Positions 18,625 through 30,199 of a DNA stretch of 32,000 nt are shown here, in pieces. Both the position numbers and the translations under genes were made by a program. The stretch's first letter is position 1, and every line of letters starts with the position of its first letter. This stretch comes from Candidatus Atelocyanobacterium thalassae (GTDB lineage Bacteria > Cyanobacteriota > Cyanobacteriia > Cyanobacteriales > Microcystaceae): contig JBFPLN010000003.1 of NCBI GenBank assembly GCA_051971635.1, forward strand, positions 79,714 to 111,713, written 5' to 3'. The notes under the pieces are model-generated. The model did not search any database, was not told where the DNA came from, and was given only the letters and a program-made list of their open reading frames with translations.

Positions 18625-19731
18625 ATGAATAAAATATTTTCTTTTTCAGTGTTTATAAAAAAAATATCAGAGAATAACTTATTGATATTATTTGTTTTGA
18701 TAAGTATCCTCTTAGCTGGAGGCTTTATCAAACTAGATAGTCAGGATGTAAGTTTTCATTATGTTCTGATATTGCCATTAGGAATTTCCATTTTTATAAG
18801 TAGTATTCTAGGCTATATTTCAATTCCATTATTAAAAAAATTGAAAATAGAACAGGTTATACAAGAAGATGGTGTAAAAAAGCATTTGAGTAAAGCCGGT
18901 ACTCCGACAATGGGTGGTATATTCTTTATTCCAGTCGCTGTTTTAGTAACTTTAGTTTGGTCTCATTTCTCTCTTACTACTATTACAATATCTTCCATAA
19001 CTTTAGCTTATATGGCTATTGGATGGATTGATGATTGGTGTATTTTAAGACAAGGGTCAAACTTAGGGCTTTCTCCTCGTACAAAATTATTCTTACAAAT
19101 TATAGTTGCTATTGTTTTTTGTATATGGATAAAATGGAGTCAAATAATAACAATGGATAAAATTATATTACCTGGTAATATAATTTTAGAAGTAGAGATG
19201 TTATTCTGGCTTTTATCTATTTTTGTATTAGTTTCAGAAAGTAATGCCGTTAACCTCACAGATGGAATTGATGGTTTAGCTGGAGGAACAAGCGCATTAA
19301 CTTTTCTAGGATTAGGGATTTTAATTGCAGCTAGTTCACCCGAACTAAGCACTTTTTGTGCCTGTATCTCTGGAAGTTGTCTAGGTTTTGTAATTCACAA
19401 TAAAAATCCTGCTAAAGTCTTTATGGGAGATACTGGGTCTTTAGCTTTGGGAGGAGCTCTTGCTGGAGTAGGAATTTTAAGTGGTCGCTTTTGGGAACTT
19501 TTTATTTTTAGTGGAATTTTTTTTACAGAATCTTTATCTGTAATTATTCAAGTTGTTTACTATAAGATAACTAAAGACAGCCAAGGAAAAGGAAAAAGAT
19601 TTCTAAGGATGGCACCTTTGCACCATCATTTAGAATTAGTAGGGTGGTCTGAAAATAAGATTGTTAGAATATTTTATTTGATTAATACGAGTTTAATCTT
19701 CTTAGTTCTAATTTTATACAGATACTTTTAA
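18625..19731 (+). CDS. mraY: Phospho-N-acetylmuramoyl-pentapeptide transferase
   Basis: KAGTPTMGGIFF, DDW, NAVNLTDGIDGLAGG, VFMGDTGSLALGG and the APLHHHLE motif are present, with 10 TM helices. The ORF opens at TTG 18619, and ATG 18625 is the more likely start. Confidence 0.93.
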   Translation: MNKIFSFSVFIKKISENNLLILFVLISILLAGGFIKLDSQDVSFHYVLILPLGISIFISSILGYISIPLLKKLKIEQVIQEDGVKKHLSKAGTPTMGGIFFIPVAVLVTLVWSHFSLTTITISSITLAYMAIGWIDDWCILRQGSNLGLSPRTKLFLQIIVAIVFCIWIKWSQIITMDKIILPGNIILEVEMLFWLLSIFVLVSESNAVNLTDGIDGLAGGTSALTFLGLGILIAASSPELSTFCACISGSCLGFVIHNKNPAKVFMGDTGSLALGGALAGVGILSGRFWELFIFSGIFFTESLSVIIQVVYYKITKDSQGKGKRFLRMAPLHHHLELVGWSENKIVRIFYLINTSLIFLVLILYRYF

Positions 19732-19767
19732 TAATTTTTCCATCCATAACAATACAATCAATTCTTT

Positions 19768-20562
19768 TTATAGATGTTGAGAACATATCAATTCAATTTG
19801 ATTCAAAGAATAGTTTTGACTACCATGATCATAACGCAACCACAGTAGATACTCAGTATTACCTGCAGGACCTTTAACAGGAGAATGAGTTAATCCACAG
19901 TATAACCATCCTAGATGATAGGAGATCTGTAATATTTTATAAATTGCTTCACAGTGATCTTTAAAATTACGAACAACCCCATTTTTTCCTATTTTAGACC
20001 GACCAACTTCAAACTGTGGTTTAACAAGTAAAATAACCTCTTTTGGGCTAATTAAAAGTTTTGATAAGGGTTCTAAAATTTTAGTTAATGAAATAAAAGA
20101 TACGTCTATAACTCCTAGGCTAGCTTGAGTATTTCCCTCGTATAAAACTTTAGGAGTAAGATGGCGAAAATTTGTTCTTTCCTTTAAAAATATTCTTTCG
20201 CTTTGTCTTAATGACCAAGCAACCTGTCCATAGCCTACATCTACTCCGTATACTAGACGAGCTCCTGACTGCAATAAGCAGTCACTAAAGCCTCCTGTCG
20301 AAATACCTCCATCGAGACAAATTCTGTCTACTACGGAAATTTGAAAAATTTTAAGAGCTTTCTCAAGCTTTTTTCCCCCACGCGAAACATATGGAGATTT
20401 GATCTTGACTTCAATTTTGGCTTTTACATCAATTTCTGTTCCAGGTTTATCAATAATTCTTTGATCAATTTTAACTTCTCCAGCACGAATACATCTTTGT
20501 GCTTGCTGACGAGAAGTACATAAATTTTTCTCTACTAGAAGAATATCAAGTCGTTTTTTCAA
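19768..20562 (-). CDS. tlyA: TlyA-family rRNA 2'-O-ribose methyltransferase (hemolysin A-like): S4 domain plus FtsJ-like methyltransferase
   Basis: 264 aa. The N-terminal S4 RNA-binding pattern is KKRLDILLVEKNLCTSRQQAQRCIRAG.V. Then YVSRGGKKLEKAL, the SAM motif CLDGGISTGGFSDCLLQSGA, and DVSFISL follow. TTG start at 20562. Confidence 0.85.
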   Translation of the reverse strand: MKKRLDILLVEKNLCTSRQQAQRCIRAGEVKIDQRIIDKPGTEIDVKAKIEVKIKSPYVSRGGKKLEKALKIFQISVVDRICLDGGISTGGFSDCLLQSGARLVYGVDVGYGQVAWSLRQSERIFLKERTNFRHLTPKVLYEGNTQASLGVIDVSFISLTKILEPLSKLLISPKEVILLVKPQFEVGRSKIGKNGVVRNFKDHCEAIYKILQISYHLGWLYCGLTHSPVKGPAGNTEYLLWLRYDHGSQNYSLNQIELICSQHL

Positions 20563-20762
20563 GATATATAACTATAGGCTTAATTACTTAATTGTAAAAA
20601 ATATATATTGTCTAGACAAGTATTAATCTTAAAACTTTTAGTTCTCTTTATATGATTCATATAGGAATCAATAACCTAATGGTTGAAGTACTTGTTATAT
20701 GATATAGATCAGGAAAAAATCAAAAATATAATTAACATTCAATCAACTTAATTAATTTCAAT

Positions 20763-21941
20763 ATGAAATTTGTCTGTAGCCAAAGTGATTTTAGCAATAA
20801 TTTATCTTTAGTTAGTCGAGCAGTTCCCATTCGACCTACTCATCCTATTCTGGCAAATGTTCTAATGATTGCAGATGCCACAAAACAAAAAATTAGTCTA
20901 ACTGCATTTGACTTAAGCCTGGGTATTGAGACTAGCTTTGATGCGAATATTAGTGAAGAAGGTCGAACAACTCTGCCAGCGAAACTTCTTAACGATATAG
21001 TGTCCCGGCTACCTGAAGGACAGATAAGTCTCACAAGTGAAGAAACAAAAAATGACCAAACAGGTTTATTATATCTTAAGTCAGCATCGGGTAAATTTCA
21101 GATAAGAACAATAAGTGCAAATGAATTTCCTCCTTTACCAAGCATTGAAAATAACGAATTCATTGAACTACCTGTTCTTACAATAATGGAAGGATTAAGG
21201 GGTGTACTGTTTGCATCAAGTAGTGATGAACTCAAACAAGTATTGACTGGGGTTCACTTAAAAGGAACTACTGATAGCTTAGAATTCGCTGCGACAGATG
21301 GCCATAGATTATCGGTAGTAGAAGCCATATTATCATCAGAAACAAGTAATTATGAAGAAGAAAAAGCTACCAAAATTAAAAGCTTAGATAAATTCTCAGT
21401 TACAATTCCTGCGAGAGCTTTGAGAGAACTAGAAAAGATTATTCATAATAATAGTGATTCTAAAGTTATTCGATTACAAATAGATGATGTTCAAGTCATA
21501 TTTTATTTAGGAAAGCAAAAATTGACTATTCGTAAATTAGATGGAGACTATCCAAAATATCATATGTTAATACCAAAACAGTTTAAACACATTATAAGTT
21601 TGGACAGAAAATTTTTTTTAAATAGTCTTGAAAGAGTAGCTGTCTTGACAAGTCAAAAAAACAACTTAGTAAAATGTGTTTTTAATCATGAAGAACAAAT
21701 GATTCTTTTATCTGTAGAGACTCAAGACTTAGGTAGTGCTGAAGAGTCAATAAAGGCAAAAATAACAGGGAAGAGTGGTGATATAGCTTTTAATATTAAA
21801 TATTTAATGGACGGCCTAAAAGCTTTATCTACTAAAGAAATTAAAATGCAACTTAATGAAGGAAATAAACCAGTCATTTTTAATCCTTTAGGTGGTTTAA
21901 AAATGACATATTTAGTAATGCCAGTTCAAATAGTTAAATGA
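20763..21941 (+). CDS. dnaN: DNA polymerase III beta sliding clamp
   Basis: 392 aa. MKFVCSQSDFSNNLSLVSRAV, HPILANVL, LTAFDLSLGIE, ATDGHRLS and the C-terminal YLVMPVQI are typical of DnaN. Confidence 0.93.
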   Translation: MKFVCSQSDFSNNLSLVSRAVPIRPTHPILANVLMIADATKQKISLTAFDLSLGIETSFDANISEEGRTTLPAKLLNDIVSRLPEGQISLTSEETKNDQTGLLYLKSASGKFQIRTISANEFPPLPSIENNEFIELPVLTIMEGLRGVLFASSSDELKQVLTGVHLKGTTDSLEFAATDGHRLSVVEAILSSETSNYEEEKATKIKSLDKFSVTIPARALRELEKIIHNNSDSKVIRLQIDDVQVIFYLGKQKLTIRKLDGDYPKYHMLIPKQFKHIISLDRKFFLNSLERVAVLTSQKNNLVKCVFNHEEQMILLSVETQDLGSAEESIKAKITGKSGDIAFNIKYLMDGLKALSTKEIKMQLNEGNKPVIFNPLGGLKMTYLVMPVQIVK

Positions 21942-21995
21942 ATATTCACTTTTAGGACACCTTATACTTTTTTTCAACTTTTGTCTTAATTAAGA

Positions 21996-22031
21996 ATATC
22001 TTTTGATAATTTATTAACTATCAAAAGATAT
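21996..22031. terminator. Hairpin between convergent dnaN and menD; candidate bidirectional terminator
   Basis: ATATCTTTTGATA-atttattaac-TATCAAAAGATAT is a perfect 13 bp stem. It lies 55 nt after the dnaN stop and 8 nt after the menD stop. The flanks are only moderately T-rich. Confidence 0.4.
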
Positions 22032-22038
22032 CTTTAAC

Positions 22039-23826
22039 TTAATATATAAGTTTATATAAATTATTTTTTAACCAATCAGTATCTTCTTTCCGTTTAACTT
22101 TTAATTCTAGAACACGTACTCCAGAGTGGGGTAAAGGATTTAATAACTGCTTCAAATATTGCCAATCTTGAATATTAATGTGTTTAATATTGTAGGTATT
22201 ACAAAGCTTTACAAAGTCGATATTTTGAGGAGTAGCAAAGTAGTTTTCAAATAAAGACTTATCTTTAGAAATAGGTAACATCTCAAAAATACCTCCTCCA
22301 CTATTATTTATTAAAATAATAGTTAGATGTCCTTTAAATTTTGTATTGATAAGAAATCCATTCGTATCGTGTAATAGAGCTAAGTCTCCAGTGACTAAAA
22401 TATTATTGCTACTATTTTGAGCCATACCCAAGGCACTAGATAAAGTGCCATCTATCCCATTGGCACCCCGGTTAAAATATGGTATCAGTTTTTTATTATT
22501 GGGTAACCAAAAAAATTCTGCATAGCGTACCGACATACTGTTAGCAATAAAAACTTTAGTTTGATAAGGTAGTGTCTTAGAAAGAACGAAAGGTAATTTT
22601 GCTTGCAATATTGAATCTATTCCAGTAAAAACTGACTCAATATTTTTGTTAATACTATCATTTACTGTCTTCCATTTTGTTAAGTAATCTAAATGCAATT
22701 CTTTAGATACAGTATTTTTTATATTTCTTAGATCTAAATTCTCGACAGACGAACATATCGAGAAACTATGGTTATGAAGTGGATCAAAATTATCTGAAGA
22801 GCTATCAATTAACCAATATTGAACTTGAATTTTTTCTAACCATTCTCGTAATCTCTTACTAGTAGGTAATTGTCCAAACTGAATAACTATATCTGGCTTA
22901 AGGGATTGCTGTAACTCTTGACTGTATAGGATAGTATCATAAGTATTTATTAAATTAGGAGCTTTACTAGCAAAATTTCTTAGCGGAGATAAAGCTTCTA
23001 CTAAAATTGGATAGTTTAAAAATTTAGAAATAAGAGCAATGTTTTCACAATAAAGAGATGGATTAGTAGAATTATTTACTCCCGCAATAATAATTCCTTT
23101 TTCTATAGCTTTCCATTCATTTAAGTAGTTAGATATATCAAATTTAAAATAATGTCTTGAATATATATTGGTATGTTTATCAATATCGAGAAAAAAGTTT
23201 TTAAAATCTGTCTCAGAAGAATATGTTTTATGTTTAGCTTCTAGTTGAGTTAATGGTGTTAGAGGTTCGCGAAAAGGACAATTTAAATGAACAACGCCTC
23301 TATTCGGTAAAAAGGATTTGTTCCAAGCAGAAATTATAGTTTGTCTTAAATAGTTTAGTAATTTCATTTCTATAGAAGGCAAAGATAATTCAGTATACCA
23401 ATTACAATAACTACCATATAATTTTACTTGGTCAATCGATTGTCCAGCATGACAATCTCTTAATTCCGGAGGACGATCTGCAGTCAAAATTAATAGTGCA
23501 GTTCTACTTTCCTTTGCTTCTATGACTGCCGGGTAAAAATTTGCTCCTGCCGTTCCCGAAGTACAAATTAAAACTACAGGTAGACAGGAACGTTTTGCTA
23601 TACCTAGTGCAAAAAAAGATGCTGATCTCTCATCTAAGATTGGTATAGTTTCTATATTAGGATGATTCGCAAACGCTATAGTAAGAGGTGTTGAACGAGA
23701 ACCAGGACAAATAATAGCCGTTTTTAAACCTAAATTAAATAAAGTTTCTGCAACAATAGAAGACCATAAGGTATTAGTATTACGAAAATCAAGGTTGTTT
23801 ATCAATTTATTGCATCTAAAATTCAC
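22039..23826 (-). CDS. menD: 2-succinyl-5-enolpyruvyl-6-hydroxy-3-cyclohexene-1-carboxylate synthase (phylloquinone/menaquinone pathway)
   Basis: ThDP enzyme pattern: NTNTLWSSIVAETLFNLGL..ICPGSRSTPL, DERSASFFALG, TSGTAGANFYPAVIEA, and the C-terminal GANGIDG...GDLALLHD ThDP motif. The maximal ORF runs to GTG 23925 but adds about 33 non-conserved residues. GTG 23826 (AGGAAA 6 nt upstream) or TTG 23805 fit the family N-terminus better. No ATG is available. Confidence 0.85.
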   Translation of the reverse strand: MNFRCNKLINNLDFRNTNTLWSSIVAETLFNLGLKTAIICPGSRSTPLTIAFANHPNIETIPILDERSASFFALGIAKRSCLPVVLICTSGTAGANFYPAVIEAKESRTALLILTADRPPELRDCHAGQSIDQVKLYGSYCNWYTELSLPSIEMKLLNYLRQTIISAWNKSFLPNRGVVHLNCPFREPLTPLTQLEAKHKTYSSETDFKNFFLDIDKHTNIYSRHYFKFDISNYLNEWKAIEKGIIIAGVNNSTNPSLYCENIALISKFLNYPILVEALSPLRNFASKAPNLINTYDTILYSQELQQSLKPDIVIQFGQLPTSKRLREWLEKIQVQYWLIDSSSDNFDPLHNHSFSICSSVENLDLRNIKNTVSKELHLDYLTKWKTVNDSINKNIESVFTGIDSILQAKLPFVLSKTLPYQTKVFIANSMSVRYAEFFWLPNNKKLIPYFNRGANGIDGTLSSALGMAQNSSNNILVTGDLALLHDTNGFLINTKFKGHLTIILINNSGGGIFEMLPISKDKSLFENYFATPQNIDFVKLCNTYNIKHINIQDWQYLKQLLNPLPHSGVRVLELKVKRKEDTDWLKNNLYKLIY

Positions 23827-24188
23827 TATAGTTTTCCTAACTAATAATGTTAGGCCAAAAACTGTATTAGTTAGGAGGATTTTAGCTGTTAATTTCAAAG
23901 TTTTTGTTCTATATAACAAACTCACTTCTTAGGTATTTAACAGCTATAAAAATGAAAGCTCTTAAGCTAAAGATATAAGTCATATATTTAACTCACTTAC
24001 CACATGAAGAAAATCTTAGCTTATTTCAGTTTTTAAAGAATAAGTTCGGAGATTTTTTCTGTAGAATGAACTTAAATTTATTCTAAAAGTATTTTAAATT
24101 GTTATTGTAAAAATAATGTATGACATAACTTTAAAAACTTCATTTTAAAGTGAAAAACAGTACAAGTAATTGACTATTAATAACTTAT

Positions 24189-24226
24189 TAAAATAAAAAA
24201 GGCGTTTAGAATTATTCTAAATGCCT
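24189..24226 (-). terminator. Rho-independent terminator at the end of the atp operon
   Basis: On the - strand the sequence is AGGCATTTAGAA-taa-TTCTAAACGCCT, a 12 bp stem with one A/C mismatch. TTTTTTATTTT follows it, 34 nt after the gamma-subunit stop. Confidence 0.65.
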
Positions 24227-24259
24227 CATATCTTGAATATTACAGATTCCAAATATAAT

Positions 24260-25204
24260 CTATAATGCATTTGCTCCAGCAACTACTTCCATTAACTGCT
24301 GAGTAATCGCTGCTTGACGAGCTTTATTGTATGACATTGTTAGAGATTTAGCTAGTTGGGTAGCATTCTCACTAGCATTGCTCATAGCAGTCATTCTAGC
24401 TGCTAATTCGCTTGCAGCTGATTCTTGTAACGCTCTAAGCAACTGATTATTAATATATAGAGGCAATAAAGCATCTAAAATTTGAACTGGATCTTGCTCA
24501 AAAATCATATCTTGAGATAGGTTCTGAACAGGTTGTTCTATAGTTTCTCGCTCAACTTGGAAATCACCCTCACGAGTTATTAAACGAAAAATTTCGTCAT
24601 CTTCAGCTTCTAATCCTTGTAAATCTAAAGGAGCTAGAGTTTGTACAACTGGACTAGAATTAATTAGAGAAACAAAACGAGTGTAAACTAATTCAACTCG
24701 GTCTACAGTCTCTGACAAAAATAAAGATACTAGTTCTTCAGAAATAGGTGTCGCATCATTACTCGTTGGAATTTGCTCCAAACCTATATATTTTGCTTTT
24801 ATAGATACCTGTCTTTTTGAAAAGTATTGAGTAGGCTTACGTCCAACAGTTATCAGGCAAGAATTAATTCCCTGATCCTGTAATTCTTTAATACGCTTTT
24901 CTGCTCGGCGAATAACATAACTGTTATAGCCTCCACACAATCCACGGTCCCCTGCAATCACCACAACCGCTACAGTTTTTACTGTTCTCTGTCTCAATAG
25001 AGATATATCAACATCTCCACATTTTAAGCGATTTAGTAGATTGTAAAGAACATTAGCTAAAATATTAGCGAAGGGCCGAGTAGAAACAACTCTTTCTTGA
25101 GCGCGGCGAACTTTAGCCGCTGCTACCAAGCGCATAGCTTCAGTAATTTTTTTGGTATTCTTGACCGATTCAATACGATCTCGGATAGCTTTAAGATTGG
25201 CCAT
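24260..25204 (-). CDS. atpG: F1 ATP synthase gamma subunit (cyanobacterial name atpC)
   Basis: 314 aa. [36 protein letters not shown] and the C-terminal [20 protein letters not shown] are present. It carries the cyanobacterial/plastid-type insertion ([17 protein letters not shown]...) without the plant regulatory Cys pair. Confidence 0.95.
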   Translation of the reverse strand: MANLKAIRDRIESVKNTKKITEAMRLVAAAKVRRAQERVVSTRPFANILANVLYNLLNRLKCGDVDISLLRQRTVKTVAVVVIAGDRGLCGGYNSYVIRRAEKRIKELQDQGINSCLITVGRKPTQYFSKRQVSIKAKYIGLEQIPTSNDATPISEELVSLFLSETVDRVELVYTRFVSLINSSPVVQTLAPLDLQGLEAEDDEIFRLITREGDFQVERETIEQPVQNLSQDMIFEQDPVQILDALLPLYINNQLLRALQESAASELAARMTAMSNASENATQLAKSLTMSYNKARQAAITQQLMEVVAGANAL

Positions 25205-25266
25205 AATATTTAGTAATTATTTATCGGACTCTCGTTATATTGAATCTGGAGCTAATTTTTTAGTTT

Positions 25267-25303
25267 TTAAGTAAGGGTAAACTTAATGTTTACCCTTACT
25301 TAA
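25267..25303 (-). promoter_or_regulatory. Perfect 16 bp intercistronic hairpin between atpA and the gamma-subunit gene
   Basis: TTAAGTAAGGGTAAAC-ttaat-GTTTACCCTTACTTAA starts immediately after the atpA TAG stop (25304-25306). On the sense (-) strand it is followed by an A-run, not a U-run, so it is not a canonical terminator. Confidence 0.6.
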
Positions 25304-26842
<1,539 letters not shown>

Positions 26843-26858
26843 CTACAATGAGAGAAAA

Positions 26859-27416
26859 TTATAAGGTTCCGCTAAGACTTACACTTATACGTCGTAACTG
26901 ACCTCGAAGACTAGCATCAAATACTTGGGAGCCAATTTTGATAATGAACCCTCCAATCAAATCAGGATCCTTACCTATCTCCATTTCTACTGATTCAGCC
27001 CCAGTCAAACCTTTAATTTTATCGCTAATAGCAGAACGCTGTTCCTCGCTTATTTCAGTCGTAACAGTCACTTCAGCGAGAACAGTGTTGGTTAATTTTC
27101 TTGCCAAAGCTATGTATCTTTGGCAGGTAAATTGAAGCAAAGCAATTCTTCGCTTTTCTATTAGGAGCATTACAAAATTACGGAAATACTGATGAGTATT
27201 CTTCCCAAGTATCTTGTTTAATACAGATTTTTTATCCTCATCTTGAATAACAGGAGAACTAATAAAAGCTCTTAACTCTGAGGAATCTTCAAGAATCTGC
27301 AAGACAGTTCTACAGTCTTGTTCAACTAATCTTGTGATTTTATGGGATTCGGCAATAGACATCATAGCTTGAGCATAGGGCTCTGCAATTTCTGCATTAA
27401 CTAGTGATCCTTTCAC
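26859..27416 (-). CDS. atpH: F1 ATP synthase delta (OSCP) subunit (cyanobacterial atpD)
   Basis: 185 aa. IAEPYAQAMMSIA and the C-terminal LIGGFIIKIGSQVFDASLRGQLRRI are delta/OSCP patterns. The GTG start at 27416 overlaps the atpF TAG stop by 1 nt (TAGTG), which suggests translational coupling. Confidence 0.9.
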   Translation of the reverse strand: MKGSLVNAEIAEPYAQAMMSIAESHKITRLVEQDCRTVLQILEDSSELRAFISSPVIQDEDKKSVLNKILGKNTHQYFRNFVMLLIEKRRIALLQFTCQRYIALARKLTNTVLAEVTVTTEISEEQRSAISDKIKGLTGAESVEMEIGKDPDLIGGFIIKIGSQVFDASLRGQLRRISVSLSGTL

Positions 27417-27952
27417 TACGAACCTCCTAACCGATCGATGTTACGCTTAATAAGCATTTGTTGAGCATTATTATCAACTTTGGTTTTCAATTGCTCTTCT
27501 GCCTTAACAACAGCTTGTTCTGCGATTTGTTTCTTTAGCTGTGCGATTACTCTTTCTTGCTCAGATGAAAGATCTGCAGCAGCAGTTTCTTTAAGACGGA
27601 TAATGTCTTGTTCATTCTGAGCTAAAATTTCAGCTTTAATAGCTACAGCCCTTTCTTGAGCAGCCTTATAAATTTTTTCTGCTTCAATTTGGGCTTGAGC
27701 TAATTTTTTCTCTTCTTGAGCTAGAGAAGTAATTGCTTGCTGTTGTTTTTTTTCAGCCTCTTGAATGGACAAAGCTATTGATTGGTGCCTTTCGCTGAGG
27801 GTATCTCCTATAACTTTACGTCCGTAAAATACTAGAATACCAACAAGAATGGCTAAATTGAAAATGTTACTTTCCAAAAAATCGAAATGGAACCCAATTA
27901 AGGGTCCATTCTCAGCGTGACTTTCAGCGACTAATAATAAGGAATCGATCAT
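27416..27952 (-). CDS. atpF: F0 ATP synthase subunit b
   Basis: 178 aa. One N-terminal TM helix (NIFNLAILVGILVFYG) is followed by a long charged coiled coil rich in A, E, K and Q. Its position after b' matches the cyanobacterial operon order. Confidence 0.9.
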   Translation of the reverse strand: MIDSLLLVAESHAENGPLIGFHFDFLESNIFNLAILVGILVFYGRKVIGDTLSERHQSIALSIQEAEKKQQQAITSLAQEEKKLAQAQIEAEKIYKAAQERAVAIKAEILAQNEQDIIRLKETAAADLSSEQERVIAQLKKQIAEQAVVKAEEQLKTKVDNNAQQMLIKRNIDRLGGS

Positions 27953-27981
27953 ACCAGTTGATCACCCAAAGGACGGCGTCG

Positions 27982-28413
27982 TTACTTGATTAACTCTGGA
28001 CCTAAAAGCTTTTCTAGAATTTGATGACTTAAGATATCAACTTGTTTTTCTAGAACTTTTAGAGCATCTTGGCGCTGTTGTGCAATCTCTTTAGCAACAG
28101 CTTCTTTCTTAGCTTGGGCTTCTTGTTGAGCAATAACAATTGCTTCATTAGCAATTTTTTTAGCCTTTGATTGAGCTGAAATAACAATCTCTTGAGATTG
28201 TTTTCTTGTCTCTGATAATTGTTGTTCATACTGAGCAGCTAGCTCTCTAGCTTTCTCTAAATGCTCTTTTCCACCTATTTCTTGCTGACGAATATAATCA
28301 GCTCGTTTGTCTAGTACCTCATTAAGAGGTTTGTAAAAAATCGCATTTAGAACAACTGCTAATAGGATGAATTGCAATGCCATAACGGGCAAAGTTGCGT
28401 CAAAATCAAACAT
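27982..28413 (-). CDS. atpF2: F0 ATP synthase subunit b' (cyanobacterial atpG)
   Basis: 143 aa. [30 protein letters not shown] is the characteristic b' N-terminus, followed by a coiled coil. Confidence 0.88.
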   Translation of the reverse strand: MFDFDATLPVMALQFILLAVVLNAIFYKPLNEVLDKRADYIRQQEIGGKEHLEKARELAAQYEQQLSETRKQSQEIVISAQSKAKKIANEAIVIAQQEAQAKKEAVAKEIAQQRQDALKVLEKQVDILSHQILEKLLGPELIK

Positions 28414-28447
28414 AACTTACTCAACTAGATCTTTTATTTTATGATTG

Positions 28448-28471
28448 AGAGGCAGCCGTACGGCTGCCTCT
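28448..28471 (-). promoter_or_regulatory. GC-rich 24-nt perfect palindrome (hairpin) between the c-subunit and b'-subunit genes
   Basis: AGAGGCAGCCGTACGGCTGCCTCT forms a 10 bp stem with a GTAC loop. It lies 17 nt after the c-subunit stop and is by far the most GC-rich element in the operon spacers. Confidence 0.6.
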
Positions 28472-28487
28472 ATTAATCGACTAAATC

Positions 28488-28745
<258 letters not shown>

Positions 28746-28988
28746 TCAATTTTATTGATAAAACAAATTAGAAGCTAATTGTCAACTTAGATAGTTTAGG
28801 AGCATAAGTTTTAAAGCAAGACTAAAAATATTTAATTCTGTCTCTATGAACTCCCAATCAGTAAGGACCTGAGTTAATAATGGAAACTTTATATCCATCT
28901 CCTCTGTCTATTGTCTTACGTTTTGGTCATTTTTGCTTAACAGATATTTTCCTTTTTAATAGTCTGCTTAATTAAGACCTTACTCTTA

Positions 28989-29741
28989 TTAGTGTTCTTC
29001 TTCCTCTTCCGATTCAATTGCTTCATGAATATAAGCTCCTGCCAGAGTAGCGAATACTAAAGCTTGGATCGCACTAGTGAAAAGTCCTAGTGCCATTAGC
29101 GGTAATGGCACTAAGAGAGGAACAAGAAATACAAGTACTCCTACTACCAATTCATCAGCGAGAATATTACCAAATAGACGGAAGCTCAACGAAAGAGGTT
29201 TGGTAAAGTCTTCTAAAATTTTGATAGGTAGTAGAATAGGAATAGGCTGAATATAGTTAGCAAAGTAACCTAGTCCTTTCTTACTAAAACCTGCGTAAAA
29301 GTAAGCTAAGGAAGTTAAAAGTGCTAATGCAACAGTTGTGTTAATGTCATTAGTAGGCGCAGCTAATTCACCCTCTGGAATCTCTATAAGTTTCCATGGG
29401 ATTAAAGCCCCTGACCAATTAGAGACAAAAATAAACAAAAACAGTGTCCCAATAAATGGTAACCATTGTCGATAGTGCTTTTCTCCGAGCTGATTTTTAG
29501 CCAGATCTCGTAGAAATTCTAAAACATACTCCATAAAATTTTGCATCCCACTGGGAACTCGTTGAATATTACGAGTTGCAGATAAAGATGCAATAACCAA
29601 TAGGGCAATGACAAACCAAGAAGCGAGGAATACTTGTCCATGTAGTCTTAGATTGCCAATTTCCCAGTACCAATGCTTGCCAACTTCTAAGGCAGCAAAG
29701 AATAAGGTGTTTGAAATGTATAAACCATGTAACATTGTCAT
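28989..29741 (-). CDS. atpB: F0 ATP synthase subunit a (cyanobacterial atpI)
   Basis: [38 protein letters not shown] (essential Arg) and the C-terminal acidic tail are present. ATG 29741 or 29735 gives the usual ~250 aa. The listed ORF extends to TTG 29783, which overlaps the atp1 stop. Confidence 0.93.
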   Translation of the reverse strand: MTMLHGLYISNTLFFAALEVGKHWYWEIGNLRLHGQVFLASWFVIALLVIASLSATRNIQRVPSGMQNFMEYVLEFLRDLAKNQLGEKHYRQWLPFIGTLFLFIFVSNWSGALIPWKLIEIPEGELAAPTNDINTTVALALLTSLAYFYAGFSKKGLGYFANYIQPIPILLPIKILEDFTKPLSLSFRLFGNILADELVVGVLVFLVPLLVPLPLMALGLFTSAIQALVFATLAGAYIHEAIESEEEEEH

Positions 29742-29779
29742 TGGGTACAATTTACCAAATCTGGTCACTGAATGGAATC

Positions 29780-30199
29780 TCAATCGCTTTTTTGCGCTGA
29801 AACCATTACATTTTGTATGGTATAAGCGATTATAGCGACTTTATAAGTCAAAAATCCCAAGAAGACTGGGACAATGTAAAGTGTTTGCCATTGACTAGCC
29901 ACGATGATCGTAGCTGCAAATAGAATTAATCCTTTGTTACCTAATTTCTGCTGTGAAGTTCCAACGTTCTCTACCTCTCTCCCTAACATTCTCAAGTAAA
30001 TAATTCCCACGAAAGCTCCTAATAGGTAATTAAGAGCTAAATGTAAGGAGTAGAATATCCAGACACATATAAAAGTGATTCCAGTGAATACTATGCTTAA
30101 CAGCATAAGCGTACGTTGCAACTGATAGTAATCCTGCATAGAATCAGCCTGAATTGTTTCTGTATTAGAAGTTTGAAAGATAAAGCTAGTTAATCGCAT
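29780..30199 (-). CDS. atp1: ATP synthase protein I (atp1), the first gene of the operon
   Basis: A small hydrophobic protein in the canonical position upstream of subunit a. [12 protein letters not shown] resembles cyanobacterial Atp1. The internal ATG at 30139 (MQDYYQL...) may be the real start. Confidence 0.78.
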   Translation of the reverse strand: MRLTSFIFQTSNTETIQADSMQDYYQLQRTLMLLSIVFTGITFICVWIFYSLHLALNYLLGAFVGIIYLRMLGREVENVGTSQQKLGNKGLILFAATIIVASQWQTLYIVPVFLGFLTYKVAIIAYTIQNVMVSAQKSD

